From the NCBI GenBank assembly GCA_040260805.1, contig JBDQPD010000071.1, positions 1 through 17,461 on the forward strand: DNA of 17,461 bases, read 5' to 3'. Below the pieces are notes generated by a model. It saw nothing but the letters and a program-made list of their open reading frames with translations, had not been told where the DNA came from and did no database searches. This document shows, in pieces, positions 15,383-17,461 of this stretch; within the stretch, counting starts at the first letter, position 1; each line of letters opens with the position of its first letter. This stretch comes from Myxococcota bacterium (lineage in GTDB: Bacteria; Myxococcota; UBA4151). The translations under genes were made by a program, and so were the position numbers.

Positions 15383-16273
15383 ATGCGCTGCCTATGTTTA
15401 ATTCTCGCTCTTTGTCTGGTCGCCTGTGGCGATGGCGGGGACCTTATCGCCAACCGAATGCCTCAAGCGTTCGCAGGCTTTGACCGAGCGGTTGCCCAAG
15501 GCAGCAGCGTCCAACTCGATGGTAGTCGCAGCTATGACCCTGACGGTAATGGCTTGGAATACCGCTGGTACTTGGTGAGCGCTCCAGAGGGGGTGACGCT
15601 CGAAAACCCAACAAATGTTCAAGCTACACTGAGCTCATCCGATACCTTTCAAGGGACGATAACCGTCGCGCTAGAGGTCAGCGATGGCCCCGTGATCTCG
15701 TGGCCAGACTGGGTCGCTGTTAGCTTTGTGTCGGCGACCTCGTTGGCTCGACCGACAGCGCTCGCTGGCGCTAACCGTCATCTTCGCACAGGAGAGCCGC
15801 TCATTCTCGATGCTGGCGAAAGCGCAGGTCTGATCGATCAGTACCGATGGACTCACCTGCTCAGCCCCGCCCAAGATCGGCGCGCTATCGATGACGGTGT
15901 CACGGCGCTCTTATCGGATCTCGAGGCCGGTCTGCACATCTTCGGACTCAGCGTTCGGGCCGGCGACCAATGGTCGACCATGGATTGCGTCTCAATTTCG
16001 ATCTCAAATGAAGTCCGACAAGACCCGTTTCCCGACATCCGAATTGAGGCGCAAACATCAGATTCAGTGACTTTAATCGCCAATGCTGTGGGTCAATTGT
16101 CCTGGGCGCTAATCTCGAGCCCGGACGGCCAATCAAATCAACTCGACGGACAGGGTGACAACGGCACCCGCTTAGAGTACCGGTCAGAAACAAACGGAAC
16201 GCATCTCTTCGCAGCAACCCTGAGCAATGGCTTGTCCGATTGGGTCGCAGTAGAGTTGGAGAATAGCCCATGA
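15383..16273 (+). CDS. PKD/K319L-like Ig-domain lipoprotein, 296 aa
   Basis: Lipobox MRCLCLILALCLVA-C. First domain NRMPQAFAGFDRAV..GSSVQLDGSRSYDPDGNGLEYRWYLVSAP. Second unit PTALAGANR..LILDAGES...YRW, plus a third degenerate unit. Confidence 0.88.
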   Translation: MRCLCLILALCLVACGDGGDLIANRMPQAFAGFDRAVAQGSSVQLDGSRSYDPDGNGLEYRWYLVSAPEGVTLENPTNVQATLSSSDTFQGTITVALEVSDGPVISWPDWVAVSFVSATSLARPTALAGANRHLRTGEPLILDAGESAGLIDQYRWTHLLSPAQDRRAIDDGVTALLSDLEAGLHIFGLSVRAGDQWSTMDCVSISISNEVRQDPFPDIRIEAQTSDSVTLIANAVGQLSWALISSPDGQSNQLDGQGDNGTRLEYRSETNGTHLFAATLSNGLSDWVAVELENSP

Positions 16274-17461
16274 GCACTTTGAGTTTTATCCTATTGGCTC
16301 CGATCTTTCTCGCACCCAGCGAGGAAGGCCCGGCGGTCATGACGCCCGATGGATTAGCGTGGCATCAGATCGACGCGAAAAGCGCTCGCACCTTTGAAGT
16401 GCCCCGCCGCGGTCAGTTGGTCGTGCTGGTTCGCCGGATTGACCCTAAAAAAGGGCCAGAGAAAATCAAAGTGGTCGTGACGCAATCAGGCGCTACGGTC
16501 TGGAAGACGTCACTCAAACAAGGGCGCGGCTCACAGCTCAGCGGCGTGATCGCTGGACGCGCCCGACGAGGAACGTCAAAGTCGATGGTCGATAAAGGCA
16601 CGATGTCCGTGGAGGCGCCCGATGAAGGGCATGGCGGAATTTTGATCCAAGTCGAGTTGGTTCCTGACTTAGGGACCCCCCCCGCCGATGCAGTCGCAGC
16701 ACGTTCCGAAGCCGGCGCTAATGCGCTCACCGACCGTCCCTCGGTCCAACCCGCGGACGGCATGAACCTAAACGAGCCTGCCCTGGTGAAGCCAGGAACC
16801 CCAGAACCGACATCGGCTCCTATTACGGTCGCAAAAGCTGCTGTTCCTGCGGCAGGTACGGCGGTTCCTAAGACGAAAACTGCAGCCACTCCTGGAGTAG
16901 CTCCCAAGCCAGTGATGCCGCCCTCCGCGGACGATATCATGCCCGTTGCACCAGGCATGGGAACGAAGAAGCCCTTCTTCTTATCTGGGGTCGACGGTGG
17001 TCTGGGTCTGCGCCAAGTGGTCGGCGGGCTGATGCAAAACAATGCGAGTTTCCGCCTCGGCACCGATATGCGACAAGAGATCCTACCCACGATCAACTTG
17101 GGCATCGAGCTGCGTTTGGCGTTCCTCTCGGCTGCCGGCAATGCTGCGATTCCGATGGCGGGAATGGTTTCGACCGCAGGGGGCCAAACGTCTCGATCGG
17201 TCGATATCTCAGGCTGGTCGATGCCGCTCCTGCTTCGACTGACTCAAACGAGCAGCAGCCAACTGCAAACCGTGTTGTTGATTGGTCCCGCCTTCGGTGG
17301 GCTGTCAGTGACTCCGGGTAGTCGGTCGGCTCAAACGCATTCTATGACCGGTTTGGCGACGATTGTTCGGCTTCAACCCAAAGAAGGTATTGCTCTGGGT
17401 CCGACGCAACTTCGCATCGGAGCGGAGCTGGGCTGGCAAGGTCTGTGGGCTGACAAGGTCA
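16270..17461 (+). CDS. Exported hypothetical protein, 3'-truncated (at least 397 aa); possible C-terminal outer-membrane beta-barrel
   Basis: Absent from the ORF track because it has no stop in the window. Starts at an ATGA overlap (16270-16273) and frame 1 stays open to the end. Hydrophobic N-terminus MSTLSFILLAPIFLA, a Pro/Ala/Thr linker, then alternating beta-strand-like segments (INLGIELRLAF, WSMPLLLRL, LRIGAELGWQG). Confidence 0.8.
   Translation, partial: MSTLSFILLAPIFLAPSEEGPAVMTPDGLAWHQIDAKSARTFEVPRRGQLVVLVRRIDPKKGPEKIKVVVTQSGATVWKTSLKQGRGSQLSGVIAGRARRGTSKSMVDKGTMSVEAPDEGHGGILIQVELVPDLGTPPADAVAARSEAGANALTDRPSVQPADGMNLNEPALVKPGTPEPTSAPITVAKAAVPAAGTAVPKTKTAATPGVAPKPVMPPSADDIMPVAPGMGTKKPFFLSGVDGGLGLRQVVGGLMQNNASFRLGTDMRQEILPTINLGIELRLAFLSAAGNAAIPMAGMVSTAGGQTSRSVDISGWSMPLLLRLTQTSSSQLQTVLLIGPAFGGLSVTPGSRSAQTHSMTGLATIVRLQPKEGIALGPTQLRIGAELGWQGLWADKV

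Noticed and set aside
15226..15453. Extended start of the TPR protein (1267 aa) and TTG start at 15347 of the PKD gene
   Set aside because: The two would overlap head to head. Starts at 15225 (Zn ribbon, SD-like) and 15383 (lipoprotein signal) fit better.
16413..17141. 242-aa minus-strand ORF
   Set aside because: It is the antisense shadow of the plus-strand ORF starting at 16270.
1..17461. tRNA, rRNA, IS elements, integrases or prophage genes
   Set aside because: None recognised. The window is almost fully protein-coding and the longest intergenic gap is about 157 bp.

Overview
GC-rich bacterial DNA, very probably Myxococcota-like. This is inferred from DUF4215/Myxococcus Cys-rich repeats, a PGRS-like lipoprotein, a Hanks-type membrane kinase and a Zn-ribbon/GYF/TPR protein. 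Bases 1-5591 encode three Cys-rich surface proteins. A minus-strand run from 15225 to 5711 follows: a large ZnR-GYF-TM-TPR protein, a Ser/Thr kinase, two exported proteins, then six small genes. These six read as a stand-alone type III secretion (T3SS) needle/rod module in Ysc-like order: YscE-like chaperone, an unusually long SctF(needle)-like protein, YscG-like TPR chaperone, an unknown 128-aa protein, a FliA/WhiG (sigma28)-family sigma factor and an SctI(inner rod)-like protein. The needle-like and rod-like genes each have a matching sigma28-type promoter (CAAC-N15-CCGATAA), and a strong terminator follows the needle-like gene. No T3SS ring or export-apparatus genes and no flagellar genes are in the window. 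The right end holds a divergent PKD-domain lipoprotein and a truncated exported ORF. All family assignments come from motif recognition and recalled reference sequences; no database search was run.
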